DNA of 64,000 nt. Origin: Ascoidea asiatica JCM 7603. Its lineage: Eukaryota > Fungi > Ascomycota. The translations under genes were made by a program, and so were the position numbers. Where the stretch lies: assembly GCA_001600695.1 (NCBI GenBank), contig BCKQ01000017.1:96609-160608 (forward strand), written 5' to 3'. The notes below the pieces were generated by a model, which saw only the letters and a list, made by a program, of their open reading frames with translations, was not told where the DNA came from and ran no database searches. This document shows positions 22,260-33,454 of this stretch, piece after piece. The stretch's first letter is position 1. Every line of letters begins with the position of its first letter.

Positions 22260-23849
22260 CTAACAAAAATCATGAGAGTAATAGCTTCTCTTTCTTTTAG
22301 AAGAAGTACTAGTGGTGGTTTCTCTTGGTGAATGATCAATATCTTTAATCATTTCACTAATTTCATCAATATCAACTTCTAAAATCTCTGCAAGAAAATT
22401 TCCAATTTCTGTATTTTCTCTAGCTCCATGTAAACTTTCATAAATTTTAAAAAATCCATTAACTGTATTAGAATATCCATAGATATTAACATCAACTGCA
22501 GAATGTCCATATGTACTCCATCCAATTCTTGCTCTTTTTGAAATTGGTTTTGTTAATGATTTTAATGGAGATTCTAAATTTTCAATAATTGTTTCAATTT
22601 CTTCATCTGTTGAATCTGTAATATTCAATTGATTTAATAATATATCATATTTAATAAATTCTTTTAATTCATCATTATCATTATTATTATCATTATCAAT
22701 TAAATCTGAATTTTCAATTAATGTTGATAAATATTCACCAGAATGTTTAACATTCATTAATTTTTCTGGATACCATGCATAAACTGCATCTTCTTCATCT
22801 TCTGATTGATAAGCAACTGATAATCCACCAGTTTCATGATCTGAAGTTGTAACAAGATATGTTTCAACTTCAGAATTATCAATAAATTCTTTAACTACTT
22901 TAAATGTATTATCCCAATCAATTGTTTCAATAACTTGTGCTGCTGGATCATTTGCATGTCCTGCATGATCAATTCTTGATGCTTCAATCATTATGAAAAA
23001 TCCATTTTCTGAATTTTCTGTTGCTTTTGATAATGCATTTAATCCTGTTAATGCTTGTTCTGCTAATGATGGATTTTCATTTGAATCTCTATCAATTTCA
23101 TATGGTAAATTTTCATCTCCTAATAATGCTAATAATGGAAATGTAACATTATTTCCAAAATTTAATTCATCAAATGATTTTTTATCTCCAACATAAGACC
23201 AACCATCATTAATAGCTTCGTCAATTAAATTTCTATTATCTGATCTACAACCTGAATTACCATATTTTGTTTCAATATCTGATGGATAAAATGAACATCT
23301 ACCACCTCCAATCATAAGATCAACAACTTTACCTAATGGATGTGAACCTAATAATTGTTCTGCAAGTTGATCTTCTTGTTTTCTAGAATCAACATGACCA
23401 AAAAAAACTGCAGGTGTTGCATCAACTGATGAACTTTTAACAACCAAACCAGTTTTATAACCTTTTAATTTTGCACCTTCTAATACAGTACCAAATGGAA
23501 TTTTATTTGGATTAACACCAATTGCACCATTATAAGATTTTTGTCCACTTGCAAAAGCACAAGCACCAGCTGCACTATCAGTTATAAAGGTATCAGTTGA
23601 TCTTGTTCTTGAAGTACCAATTAAATAATTTTCAAAAAATAAAATATCAGAATATGTTAAATTTTCTCTTGTTTGATAAAATGATCTTGCCATATTAACA
23701 GCTGCAGGTCCCATACCATCAGTAACCATAAAAATTACATTTTTTTTATTTTTAAAAGTTGTTGGAGCGGCATTTGTTGGTAATGAATTTAATAAACTTG
23801 AGATTAAAAAAATATAATTGAAAAAAAAAGAAATTAAAAATTTACTCAT
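22260..23849 (-). CDS. Alkaline phosphatase, Pho8 paralog with N-terminal signal peptide
   Basis: NVIFMVTDGMGP, ITDSAAG, DATPA, IEASRIDHAGH, TSDHETGG, GHSAVDV; hydrophobic stretch right after Met, no cytosolic tail. Confidence 0.93.
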   Translation of the reverse strand: MSKFLISFFFNYIFLISSLLNSLPTNAAPTTFKNKKNVIFMVTDGMGPAAVNMARSFYQTRENLTYSDILFFENYLIGTSRTRSTDTFITDSAAGACAFASGQKSYNGAIGVNPNKIPFGTVLEGAKLKGYKTGLVVKSSSVDATPAVFFGHVDSRKQEDQLAEQLLGSHPLGKVVDLMIGGGRCSFYPSDIETKYGNSGCRSDNRNLIDEAINDGWSYVGDKKSFDELNFGNNVTFPLLALLGDENLPYEIDRDSNENPSLAEQALTGLNALSKATENSENGFFIMIEASRIDHAGHANDPAAQVIETIDWDNTFKVVKEFIDNSEVETYLVTTSDHETGGLSVAYQSEDEEDAVYAWYPEKLMNVKHSGEYLSTLIENSDLIDNDNNNDNDELKEFIKYDILLNQLNITDSTDEEIETIIENLESPLKSLTKPISKRARIGWSTYGHSAVDVNIYGYSNTVNGFFKIYESLHGARENTEIGNFLAEILEVDIDEISEMIKDIDHSPRETTTSTSSKRKRSYYSHDFC

Positions 23850-24344
23850 TTTTAAATTATTAATATTAATATTATTATTATTTTTGATATTATTTCTATA
23901 GAATTGATATTACTATTAATATTATTAATTATAGCTAATAAATTAATAATTATTTTTTAGAAAAAGATAGGAAATGAAAGTTCTTAAATATTAGTTTTTG
24001 GAAGAAAGAAAAAATAGAAAGAATTAAATAATGAATAATGAATTGAAGAATGAACTGAATAATGAATTGAAAATGAATTGAAAATGAATTGAAAATGAGT
24101 TGAAAATGAATTGAATGGAGAATTAAAGGATGAATTAGGTTTAAAATGAAGAAAACGTTTTGGAAGTTTGAAATATTAATACAAAATAGAAGAATTAAAG
24201 GGTTTTATTTAATCAATCAAAAGGGTAAATGAATAGAAATATTAATTGAGTAAGATTTACAGATTTATATCATAAGGGTCTAATTTTTGATGATAAAAAT
24301 GGAGAAATTGAAGAAAGTTGCACAAAACCAAATTTAAACTTTTC

Positions 24345-24351
24345 CCACGTG
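24345..24351. promoter_or_regulatory. CCACGTG Pho4-type E-box upstream of the secreted alkaline phosphatase
   Basis: E-box without the 5' T that favours Cbf1, about 500 bp upstream of ATG 23849. Confidence 0.45.
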
Positions 24352-25868
24352 TCAGACTAAAGTTTTGATAGTTTCAATAATATTGACAAAATTAGCTGAA
24401 GTAAGGTAAATAGAAGGTGAAAAGCATAATCCTCGAAAATAAAATTGAAGAAGGTTTTCTTAAATGAACCGAACAAGTTATCCAAATTGAGAATACAAGG
24501 GAGTGTGAACCCTTTATTTTGACTAAAATCAAAAGAAAATTAAAGTTATTTCCACTCAAAAGCTGTTATTATTTCGGAGAGGTATTACTGAACTTCAAAA
24601 TAGGTACTTTTCTAAAATATCAATAAATTTTTGATTACTTCGGATCATAATAAAGCATTGTAAGTTATAAAGTTATTCAATTCAAAGAATATGAAATATA
24701 GAGAAAGATCACTAATGCTTTTGTGCTTTAATATAATAAATACTCAATATACTAAAAGCAAGTACTAAACTGTATAAACCTCAGTAAATAAAATATTTCG
24801 AAGTACAAAAACTGAAGCCAATGTTACGGGAGCGCTGAAGGGTGAGCTCAAGAACCTGTTCTGTTTTAACTTGCCCTGGAAGTTCTTGGAGTGTGTCCTA
24901 CCAGCCCGTGCCTTCCCTGAAATTTGCCACAATTATTTAAAACTCACATCATCTGACTATATATGCCTTTCAATGCAGTATGCTGTTTAACTGTAATTGA
25001 GTGGCGCGTTTTGTATAAATGCGGACGTGAGAGTGGCTTTTGGCTTGGCAAGTGTGGCAGGTGCAACTAGGTGGCTGGCGGGCGTCCCATTTGGGCGGGT
25101 GTCCCGATTGGGTGCGGTGTCTTCTGAGCAGGGATCTTGCAGGCACCGCTGCACGCGTATTGCGCATTCTACGCGTTTCGCGCGGTCTGCGTATTTCACT
25201 CCAATTTCAGAGCTCGACTGCTCTTCAGCGCCAGCATTGTGCTCAAATCCTGTGTCTTTCTTCCGCTTGCACAGTAATTTCATTCTGGTCGTCTTTCTTT
25301 TTCCACTGTTTTCAAGATGCTCAAGAGATATTCAAAGATAGATTCAAGATTTTTTACATCTTCAGGAAATATTCCAAATATCTGTTAAAGAGTATTATAT
25401 ATTAAGTACTGTATAAAATACCGAATAAATAAAGCAAAAAAAGAAGAAGGATCCTTTAATTCATTCAATAAACAAAGAAATAAATCTGGTCTATTATCTC
25501 AATAAATAACTGATAAATATCCTTACTTTCTTTCCATTCCTATTCTTTTCTATTAATAAGACTTCTTCTCTCTTTTTCTAATCTTCATTTATCATTCTTT
25601 TGTCTATTTTTATATATTCTAATTTTACTTAAACAATAACAAACAATAACAAACAAAGTGATAATAAAGTGATAATAAAGTGATAATAGAATCACCAATT
25701 ACAATATCTTACTTTCGCTACTATTTAAATTTACTTTCTTTTTTACAATCTAAAAGGGTCTTCTTCTGTTCTTTTTAATTCTTCATTTTTTCACTTTTTT
25801 TTGAAAAAAACAATCAATATTCATTACAATTATTATTACTATATTATCTTTTTTTTTTTTTTATTTGA

Positions 25869-27287
25869 ATGTATTTTATAAATTTCAATATGATTGATAG
25901 AAAAGAGAAAAAATATAAATTATTAATAGTTTTACTATTTTTTACTAATTTATTTTCTTTTTTTTATATTTTTAAATCTTTTAATAATTCAAATGATGAT
26001 TCTTTTACTTCTGATTCTTTATTTACTTCAAAAAAAAAATTAGATCAATCTCAATTTTTATCTGATTCTAGTTCTACTTCAGATTCTTCAATTCCAATTC
26101 CAATTCAAATACCTTCAAATGATAATAATAATGACAATTCTAATAATTCAAAACCAAAAATTGATAGAAAATTATTACAAAATGATAAATTTTTTAATAA
26201 TAAAATTATAAATAATAATTTATTATTTCAACATTATATAAATAATGATGAAAATAATCAATATCAAGTTTTTACTTATCAACCAATAAATTTAATATCT
26301 TTTGATGATATTCAACATTCAAATATTAATAATCCAAATATAAAATTTGATATTAATGATGATTCAAATTCAACTTTAATTTTATCAACAATTGGTTCTT
26401 CAAATGCTTATGGTAATAATAGATCTTTTAAAGATTTTTTTAATGATTGTATAAATTATTTAAATTTTAATAAAAATCAATTATCTTTAGCATTTTCTTT
26501 TGTTCAATTAAATGATTTAAATATTGCTTTAAATTATTTAATTGATAATAAATTATTATTAAATTTTAAAAAAATTACTTTAATTCATGCACCATTTATT
26601 GAAAATAATAATAATAATAATAACAATTTAGATTATTCAAATAGACATTCAAATAATGTTCAAAGACAAAGAAGATCAACAATTGCAAGAGCAAGAAATT
26701 TTTTAATTAATATTGCATTATCAAATGAAAAAAATGTTTTATTTTATGATGTTGATATTATAAAAATTAATAAAGATATGTTAAATATTTTTTTAAATTC
26801 AAATAAAGAAATTTTAGTACCAAGAGTAACTTTAGGTCAAAGAGTTGATTATGATTTAAATTCATGGGTTGGACCAAGATTTCAACCAAATGAAGAAGAA
26901 TTAAAAAATCATCATGATTTAGATAATGAATATATTTTTATACCTCATGATGATGTTGAAAATGGTTTATTACATTTAAAACAATTAGTTAAAGATGAAG
27001 ATCAACAACATAGTAATTTAGATCCAGATAATATTGATTTAAATGATTTAAAAACTTATAAATTAGATTCAGTTGGAGGTGCAATTTTATTTGTTAAAAG
27101 TTTTATTTTTAAACAAGGTATTCAATTTCCACCATTTTATTTAATTGGTAGTGATTGGAATTATCCTGAAGGTGGTTATGATGGTATTGAAACTGAAGGT
27201 TTATGTTATCAAGCAAAAACAATTGGTTATCAATGTTGGGGTATGCCAGATTTAGTTGCAAATCATTATTATAATCCAGATTCATAA
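25869..27287 (+). CDS. Anp1/Mnn9/Van1-like (GT62) Golgi mannosyltransferase-family protein; start may be ATG 25890
   Basis: Type II TM; RR..IARARNFL; DxD (YDVDI); YDLNSW; LDSVGGAIL; IETEGLCY.AK..GY.CWGMP. Confidence 0.85.
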   Translation: MYFINFNMIDRKEKKYKLLIVLLFFTNLFSFFYIFKSFNNSNDDSFTSDSLFTSKKKLDQSQFLSDSSSTSDSSIPIPIQIPSNDNNNDNSNNSKPKIDRKLLQNDKFFNNKIINNNLLFQHYINNDENNQYQVFTYQPINLISFDDIQHSNINNPNIKFDINDDSNSTLILSTIGSSNAYGNNRSFKDFFNDCINYLNFNKNQLSLAFSFVQLNDLNIALNYLIDNKLLLNFKKITLIHAPFIENNNNNNNNLDYSNRHSNNVQRQRRSTIARARNFLINIALSNEKNVLFYDVDIIKINKDMLNIFLNSNKEILVPRVTLGQRVDYDLNSWVGPRFQPNEEELKNHHDLDNEYIFIPHDDVENGLLHLKQLVKDEDQQHSNLDPDNIDLNDLKTYKLDSVGGAILFVKSFIFKQGIQFPPFYLIGSDWNYPEGGYDGIETEGLCYQAKTIGYQCWGMPDLVANHYYNPDS

Positions 27288-27929
27288 GTGGTTTTTTATC
27301 ACCAATATGATTTGATATGATATGATATGATATGATACGATAATATTAATATTTTATTCTTTACTATGTTTTATTTATTTATTTCTTTATCAATATTTAT
27401 AACATTATTTTTTTTTTTTTTTAAAATACTTTTTAATTCCCTATTTACTTATCAATCACACCCTATTTTCTAATTCCCTTGCTCATCCCTATTTCCTCCC
27501 CTTTTTTTCTTTTTATACTTTTCTTTTTATTCATCTATATTTTTGTTTATAGTTATTATATTTATTCATAAACTTTTGTCTAAGGTTATTTCTATTTTTA
27601 TTTCTTTACCAAACATTCTTTGCTTCATCATTTAATAAAAGAAAGTCAAAAAATTGAAAAATATCAGATGGGGGCAGCAATGTCCTATAATATTTGTTAT
27701 CAAGTCCTAAATATGGGCCAAATTTCAAATATCACGAAAAAGAGCATCACGTGAACAATTAACATTGAGCATTTTACACTAAAGGCAATGAATTTAGTGA
27801 TAAAAAAGAAAGGGTTCAGATTATGGTAAATTGTTGATTTATACAGGAATAGTTGAATATGCAAAGAGAAATTGAAAAGAGCTTGAAAGCATTATATATT
27901 ATATATATATATATGTATATAAGATTAGC

Positions 27930-28277
27930 TTAGCTTAACATTAGAGGATGACCTTGTTTAACTTTTTCAATAGTATCAGAATTTATTTCAGCAGAATATC
28001 CACAAATTGAACATTTACAACGTTTACCCCAAGAAATTGGAATTAAAGGAACAAAAAATAAAGTAAAAAATCTTTTATGATTTATTAATCCAACTGAATT
28101 ATTATGACATCTTGGACAATTAAATTTCTTATTAACTATTTGAGGATCTTTCATATCAGAATCATATGCATCAACTATTATTAGAAAATAAATATTTATT
28201 TATGTTAGAAAATATTTCTATTCAAAGTAATGAAACTAATGATTTTACTTACAACCAAAAAGTACAATTGGACACAT
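27930..28277 (-). CDS. Small zinc-ribbon protein (zinc_ribbon_15-like), spliced: exons 28277-28253 and 28174-27930
   Basis: GTAAGT donor at 28252, TTCTAAC branch, TAG acceptor ending at 28175; spliced product MCPIVLFGFDAYDSDMKDP..CPRC..FTLFFVPLIPI..CSICG stays in frame. Confidence 0.82.
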
Positions 28278-28916
28278 TTTTTTAAAAAGAGTGATTATTA
28301 TCTAAGTGAAGAAAATATTATAATATTGAATTGAGAAATAAAAGGGAAATATATATATTTATTATAATATTATCACAATTGATACTACTTCTTGATCATT
28401 GAAATAAGTAAATAAAGTAAATAAAGTAAATAAGAAATACTGATAAATTGTTAACTGGGCAATTCTAGCACTCACTGCTATCACTCACTGCTATCACCTT
28501 CAGGGACAATAAACTATTGCCATTTTGTCATATTGCATACTGGAGCAATAAACAAAGAGCACCCACAAATATGGCTTCAATTTTGTTTCCGGAGTGTTCC
28601 ATAGTGTTCCGAAGTATTCCTTTATCGGGATTTAATCCTACCAGCGGATCGCACAACCGTGCTCGGACAGTCCAAAATCCAAATAAAAGGAGGTCTGGAA
28701 GAGGTCTAGATAAAATCAAAAGGGGTCTGTGTTTAAACCACTTCGAATTCGATAAAAATACCCATTGAGAAGAGTGAATTTATCGAATTTATCAAATTCA
28801 TTTAATGAAGATATTAGAATAATGACTAAAATGATAGAGGAATTCAATCAAGATTCAACTTAGGATTCAAATATATATATTAGTTCTTTCAGTTTAATAA
28901 TCCCCCCTTGAGGATC

Positions 28917-30377
28917 ATGATAAAGTCAATAAAGCAGTCTAAAAAAATAGCTATAAATTTAGAACAATTACTTTCAAAATATGATAATTCAAATGATACA
29001 TATATTGATACTGATACTGATACTGATGAATTTAATATAAATGATAAATTGATAGAAAAATTCTCAAAAAGGGATAAATTTTATGTTTTGAATACAACAA
29101 ATAGATTAAATCTTTTAAATAAACAAAAACTTCAAAAAAAGATATTCTTAGAACAATATTATAAAAAAAAATCAATAAAATTAAATCAATTAAATTTACC
29201 AATTAATAATAATAAATTTGAACAATCAATAATTAATTCAATTTTTGATTTCAATATCTCGAAGAATAATAATAAAAAAAATAAAATTTTATTTAAAAAA
29301 ACTGAAAATTTATATCCAATAAAATCTTTTTCAATTAAAGATAAAAGAATTGAAATTATTAATAAAAGATTATTATTATTAAAATTATTTACAAATAAAA
29401 ATTTTAAATCAAAACAAAATATTTCTAATTTTGTTAATCATTTAATAAATTATTCAAATTATATTAAAAATTTAAAACTTTTAAATAATTATTTGAATTA
29501 TTTAATTAATTGTCCATTAATTATAATTTTAAAAGATATTTCAAATTCATTAACTGATATAAATTGGTCAAATAATTTAGATTCTTTGATAAAATTTTCA
29601 AATAAAAATAAAAAAGATAAAAATGATAAAAATGAAATAAATTTGGCAAAATCTAAAATTAAGTTTGAAAGAATTAATGAATATTTATTTTATTTAGCTC
29701 TTCAGAGTAAAAAAAATAATAATAATAAAAATTTATCATTATTATCTAAAAAAATTGAAGAATTTAATAGTGAAATTTATTTGAATAGTATAAATTCTCG
29801 AATTATAAAACATTTAAATGAAAATATTCAAAATTCAAAATTTGATGAAATTTCAGAAAAAATATTAAGTGATTCAATAAATCTAAATGAATTAAATGAT
29901 TCAAAAGATTTATTAGATTCAATGAATTTATTAAAAAATTTAATGAATAATTATTATATTATAACTTTTAAAAAATCAAATTCATTATCATTAAGTCCAA
30001 AAATTATTGATAAATTTATAAATAATAATCTGAATAATAATAATTTTCAAATTCTTGGAACAATAATAAATTATTCAAAAATACCAAATTTTAATAATTA
30101 TATCACTCAGACATTAAATTCAAATAGTGATAAAGATAATTTAAAAATTGATTATAAAAATTTAATAAAATTTGCAAAAGATTCAAAAAAGGAGAAAAAT
30201 GTAATTGAAAAATTATTTTTAAGTCTTGGAAAAAATAACAAATTTCATGTTGTCAATAATGAAATTGAAAATAATTTATATTTAATTAATAATAATAATA
30301 ATAATGATAATTCAAGTGATAAAACTAACAATGAAACCAGTGGTAAAACAAGTGATAAAAGTAGAGTAATTATATAG
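28917..30377 (+). CDS. Hypothetical Lys/Asn-rich protein, no recognised domain
   Basis: About 486-codon ORF with host-like codon usage; first ATG at 28917 (the track starts at a TTG). Confidence 0.65.
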   Translation: MIKSIKQSKKIAINLEQLLSKYDNSNDTYIDTDTDTDEFNINDKLIEKFSKRDKFYVLNTTNRLNLLNKQKLQKKIFLEQYYKKKSIKLNQLNLPINNNKFEQSIINSIFDFNISKNNNKKNKILFKKTENLYPIKSFSIKDKRIEIINKRLLLLKLFTNKNFKSKQNISNFVNHLINYSNYIKNLKLLNNYLNYLINCPLIIILKDISNSLTDINWSNNLDSLIKFSNKNKKDKNDKNEINLAKSKIKFERINEYLFYLALQSKKNNNNKNLSLLSKKIEEFNSEIYLNSINSRIIKHLNENIQNSKFDEISEKILSDSINLNELNDSKDLLDSMNLLKNLMNNYYIITFKKSNSLSLSPKIIDKFINNNLNNNNFQILGTIINYSKIPNFNNYITQTLNSNSDKDNLKIDYKNLIKFAKDSKKEKNVIEKLFLSLGKNNKFHVVNNEIENNLYLINNNNNNDNSSDKTNNETSGKTSDKSRVII

Positions 30378-31639
30378 TTTTATTTCATTCATATTCTTTG
30401 TATTATAGTTAATACTGTATTAATACTTTGCCATGGATATTACCTAGAGATTGTTTTATGATTTAACTTAACATTATCCCTATTCTATCACTAATACAAC
30501 ATGAATATAATATTCTTATATTATTATTGTAAAAAAGTGAATGAAAAGTTATAAAAAGATATAAAAAGATTTAAAAAGATGTAGAAGTAGGAAATAGTTA
30601 AAAGTTTACTGCTTATATTTTCCTACTTTTTTTCATTAGAAAAGATCAACATTTATTCCTTTTGGACGAGTAAGGTTTTTTTTTCAGTCGAGCTTTGAAC
30701 TTTACAAAAAGATGATTTCATTGATATTTTGCCAATTAATAACATCATAGATGATGAATCATACTTTTTACAAATAGAAGAGCATTATGATGTTATGTAG
30801 TTTATGTAAAAATGTAGAGTATTACCATAGTAGTAAAGTTGTAGTCCTGAGTTACGATTTGTTTCTGAAAAGGATTGTCAGTAAGATTGTGAATAGGATT
30901 GTGAATAGGATTGTGAATATGGAAAAAAAAAAAGCTGCATCGATATTGGACAAATCTTAATGGCTTTAAGCTTTCTGGGCTTGCCCAGTCTTTGTAAAAG
31001 TATTGTTTGAATCAAAGTGTGATCTGAATGGAGATAAAACTGGATTTGTATGGGGCATTATTGAATACTGATGATAAAATAATGAAATAATAATAATTAT
31101 TAAAACAAAGATACTAACAATACTAATAATACTAACACTACTAATAATAATATATTTATTATATTGCCTAGTTTCCCAGCTTTATACGGCCTGTGCTGTG
31201 TTTATACGGACTCGCTCGACTCGCGCTGGGAGGTTTGCCTCTTTTTTAGTGCTCAGCTCACAAAGAATACGAACTGGAGCTGGAGACTGAGACTGAGACA
31301 AGACAAGACAAGAAAGGAAAAGAAAAGAAAAGAAATATAAATATATATCAGGAAATATAAAGAAATATAAATATATATAAAGGAAACATATTCCAGGGAG
31401 TATATAAGGCACACACAGGTCTGGGAGCTAGAGTTATACAAGCACTCGTCATATAAAAAGATCATAAAAAGGGTAAATAGTACCAGAAATACACAAAATA
31501 ATCTGTGATTAATCAATAGTTTCTGTAATCAAACAATACTAGTTGTAAATAGTTGTAAATAGTTCTCAATATTCTTATCAAATTTTTATCAAATTCTTAT
31601 CAAATATCAATAATAAATAATCAGTTCAAATACTTAGAA

Positions 31640-33331
31640 ATGACTGGATCAAAATCAGTTTTACGTTCTCCATCAATATCAAGACAGAGCATAGACTCTA
31701 AAAATGTGATCCACAATATAAACAATAATAACAACAATAACAATAATAATAATATTAATAATAATAATACTCTTATAATATTGGAAAATGGTAATCATAT
31801 ACATAAATTCAAAAAAATAAGGATTCAAGAGAAGATTCCTCAGCCTTCAACTTTTAGTAGTTTATTTGCAGGTTTATGGAGAGTGAAATCTAATCATCAT
31901 GCAAATGGCCATTCTATACCTCCTAGAAATGATGATGAAACTGCTTTTAGTTTATTGGAAACTGATTTATCTTCTTTGGATTCTATACACTCTGATTCGA
32001 ACTTAAATTTAACTTCAAATTCAAAATTAAATTCAAAATCACATAAAAGATCATATTCAACAAAAGAAAACACAAAATCTAAGATAAAATCTAATATAAA
32101 ATCTCACTCAAGTTCAGATTCAAACTCGAATTCAAATTCAAACTCAGATTCTTCTATAGAATCTGGTGATTTATCTTCATTATCAATGATAAGTCCTTTA
32201 AATAGTAAAAAAAATTTTAATGATTATGAATTTCAAATAAATTCATATAAAAAAATTAAACCAACAATTGGTAAACAACAAGTTAAATTAATTGAAAATT
32301 TATCAAAAAAAATGAAAAAACATAAACAATTAATAATTCCTTCAAAAAGTTTATGTAAATCATATTCAAATTTAAGTGAAAAATATGGTAAACCTTTAGG
32401 TATTGTTGGTAGAGGTTCATATGGTGTTGTTAAAGTTTTATGTAAAAAATCTCAAATTAATGATAATTATAATAATGGTACAATTATTACTATAAATAAA
32501 TTATTTGCTGTAAAAGAAATTAAAAAAAGAAATGGTGAAAATAATGATCATTTTTCAAATAGATTAATTTCTGAATTTTTAATATCTTCAACTTTAAAAC
32601 ATCAAAATATTATAAAAGTTTATGATTTAATGAAAAGTAAACTGGATATATATTCTGAAGTTATGGAATATTGTGAAGCTGGTGATTTATATACTTTAAT
32701 TTTACAAACTAAAGGTTTACATTATATTGAAAGTGATTGTTTTATAAAACAAATTTTATTAGGTATAGCTTATATTCATTCAAGTGGTATTGCACATTGT
32801 GATATAAAACCAGAAAATATATTATTAACAATTGATGGTTGTTGTAAAATTATAGATTTTGGTACTTCTGTTGTATTTTGTAATGCATGGGAAGATCAAA
32901 TTCATTATTCAAAAGGTGCTGTTGGTTCTGCACCATATGTGGCACCTGAAGAATATTTAGAATTAGATTATGATCCAAGATTAGCAGATATTTGGGCTAT
33001 TGGAGTTTTATATATCGTTATGAGAACAGGTTCATATATTTGGTCAATTGCAAAAAAAAGTGATGAATTATTTATTGAATATATAATGAAAAGATCAAAA
33101 AAATTCGGTGGTAATAATAGATATAGTAGAAGAGATAGTTCATTTTATGACCCAATTGATAGATTAACAGGTGGTGATCCTTCTTTACTTATTTCAAGAA
33201 GACTTGCTCTTTATCAATCTTTAGATCCAAATGTTGAAAAACGGTTATCTGCAATTGAAATGTTACAAAGTGAATGGATTTCAAATGTTAAAGCATGTAA
33301 GTTTGATATGAATGGACGAATAAGTGATTAA
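31640..33331 (+). CDS. HAL5: Npr/Hal-family Ser/Thr kinase (Hal5/Kkq8 type)
   Basis: GRGSYGVV, AVKE, HCDIKPEN, DFGTSVVF..AWE..IH...GAVGSAPYVAPEE, YDPRL; HCD and DFGTS are typical of Hal5/Kkq8. Confidence 0.82.
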   Translation: MTGSKSVLRSPSISRQSIDSKNVIHNINNNNNNNNNNNINNNNTLIILENGNHIHKFKKIRIQEKIPQPSTFSSLFAGLWRVKSNHHANGHSIPPRNDDETAFSLLETDLSSLDSIHSDSNLNLTSNSKLNSKSHKRSYSTKENTKSKIKSNIKSHSSSDSNSNSNSNSDSSIESGDLSSLSMISPLNSKKNFNDYEFQINSYKKIKPTIGKQQVKLIENLSKKMKKHKQLIIPSKSLCKSYSNLSEKYGKPLGIVGRGSYGVVKVLCKKSQINDNYNNGTIITINKLFAVKEIKKRNGENNDHFSNRLISEFLISSTLKHQNIIKVYDLMKSKLDIYSEVMEYCEAGDLYTLILQTKGLHYIESDCFIKQILLGIAYIHSSGIAHCDIKPENILLTIDGCCKIIDFGTSVVFCNAWEDQIHYSKGAVGSAPYVAPEEYLELDYDPRLADIWAIGVLYIVMRTGSYIWSIAKKSDELFIEYIMKRSKKFGGNNRYSRRDSSFYDPIDRLTGGDPSLLISRRLALYQSLDPNVEKRLSAIEMLQSEWISNVKACKFDMNGRISD

Positions 33332-33454
33332 ATTTAAAAAAAGAAAAAAAGTTTCAAAAATTTTATCTGTATTATTTATTAAATCTAAAAAATTTTTTTC
33401 TAAATTTTTTTTTTTCTAATTTTTTTTTTTTTTTTTTTTTTTTTTTGAGCTTAC

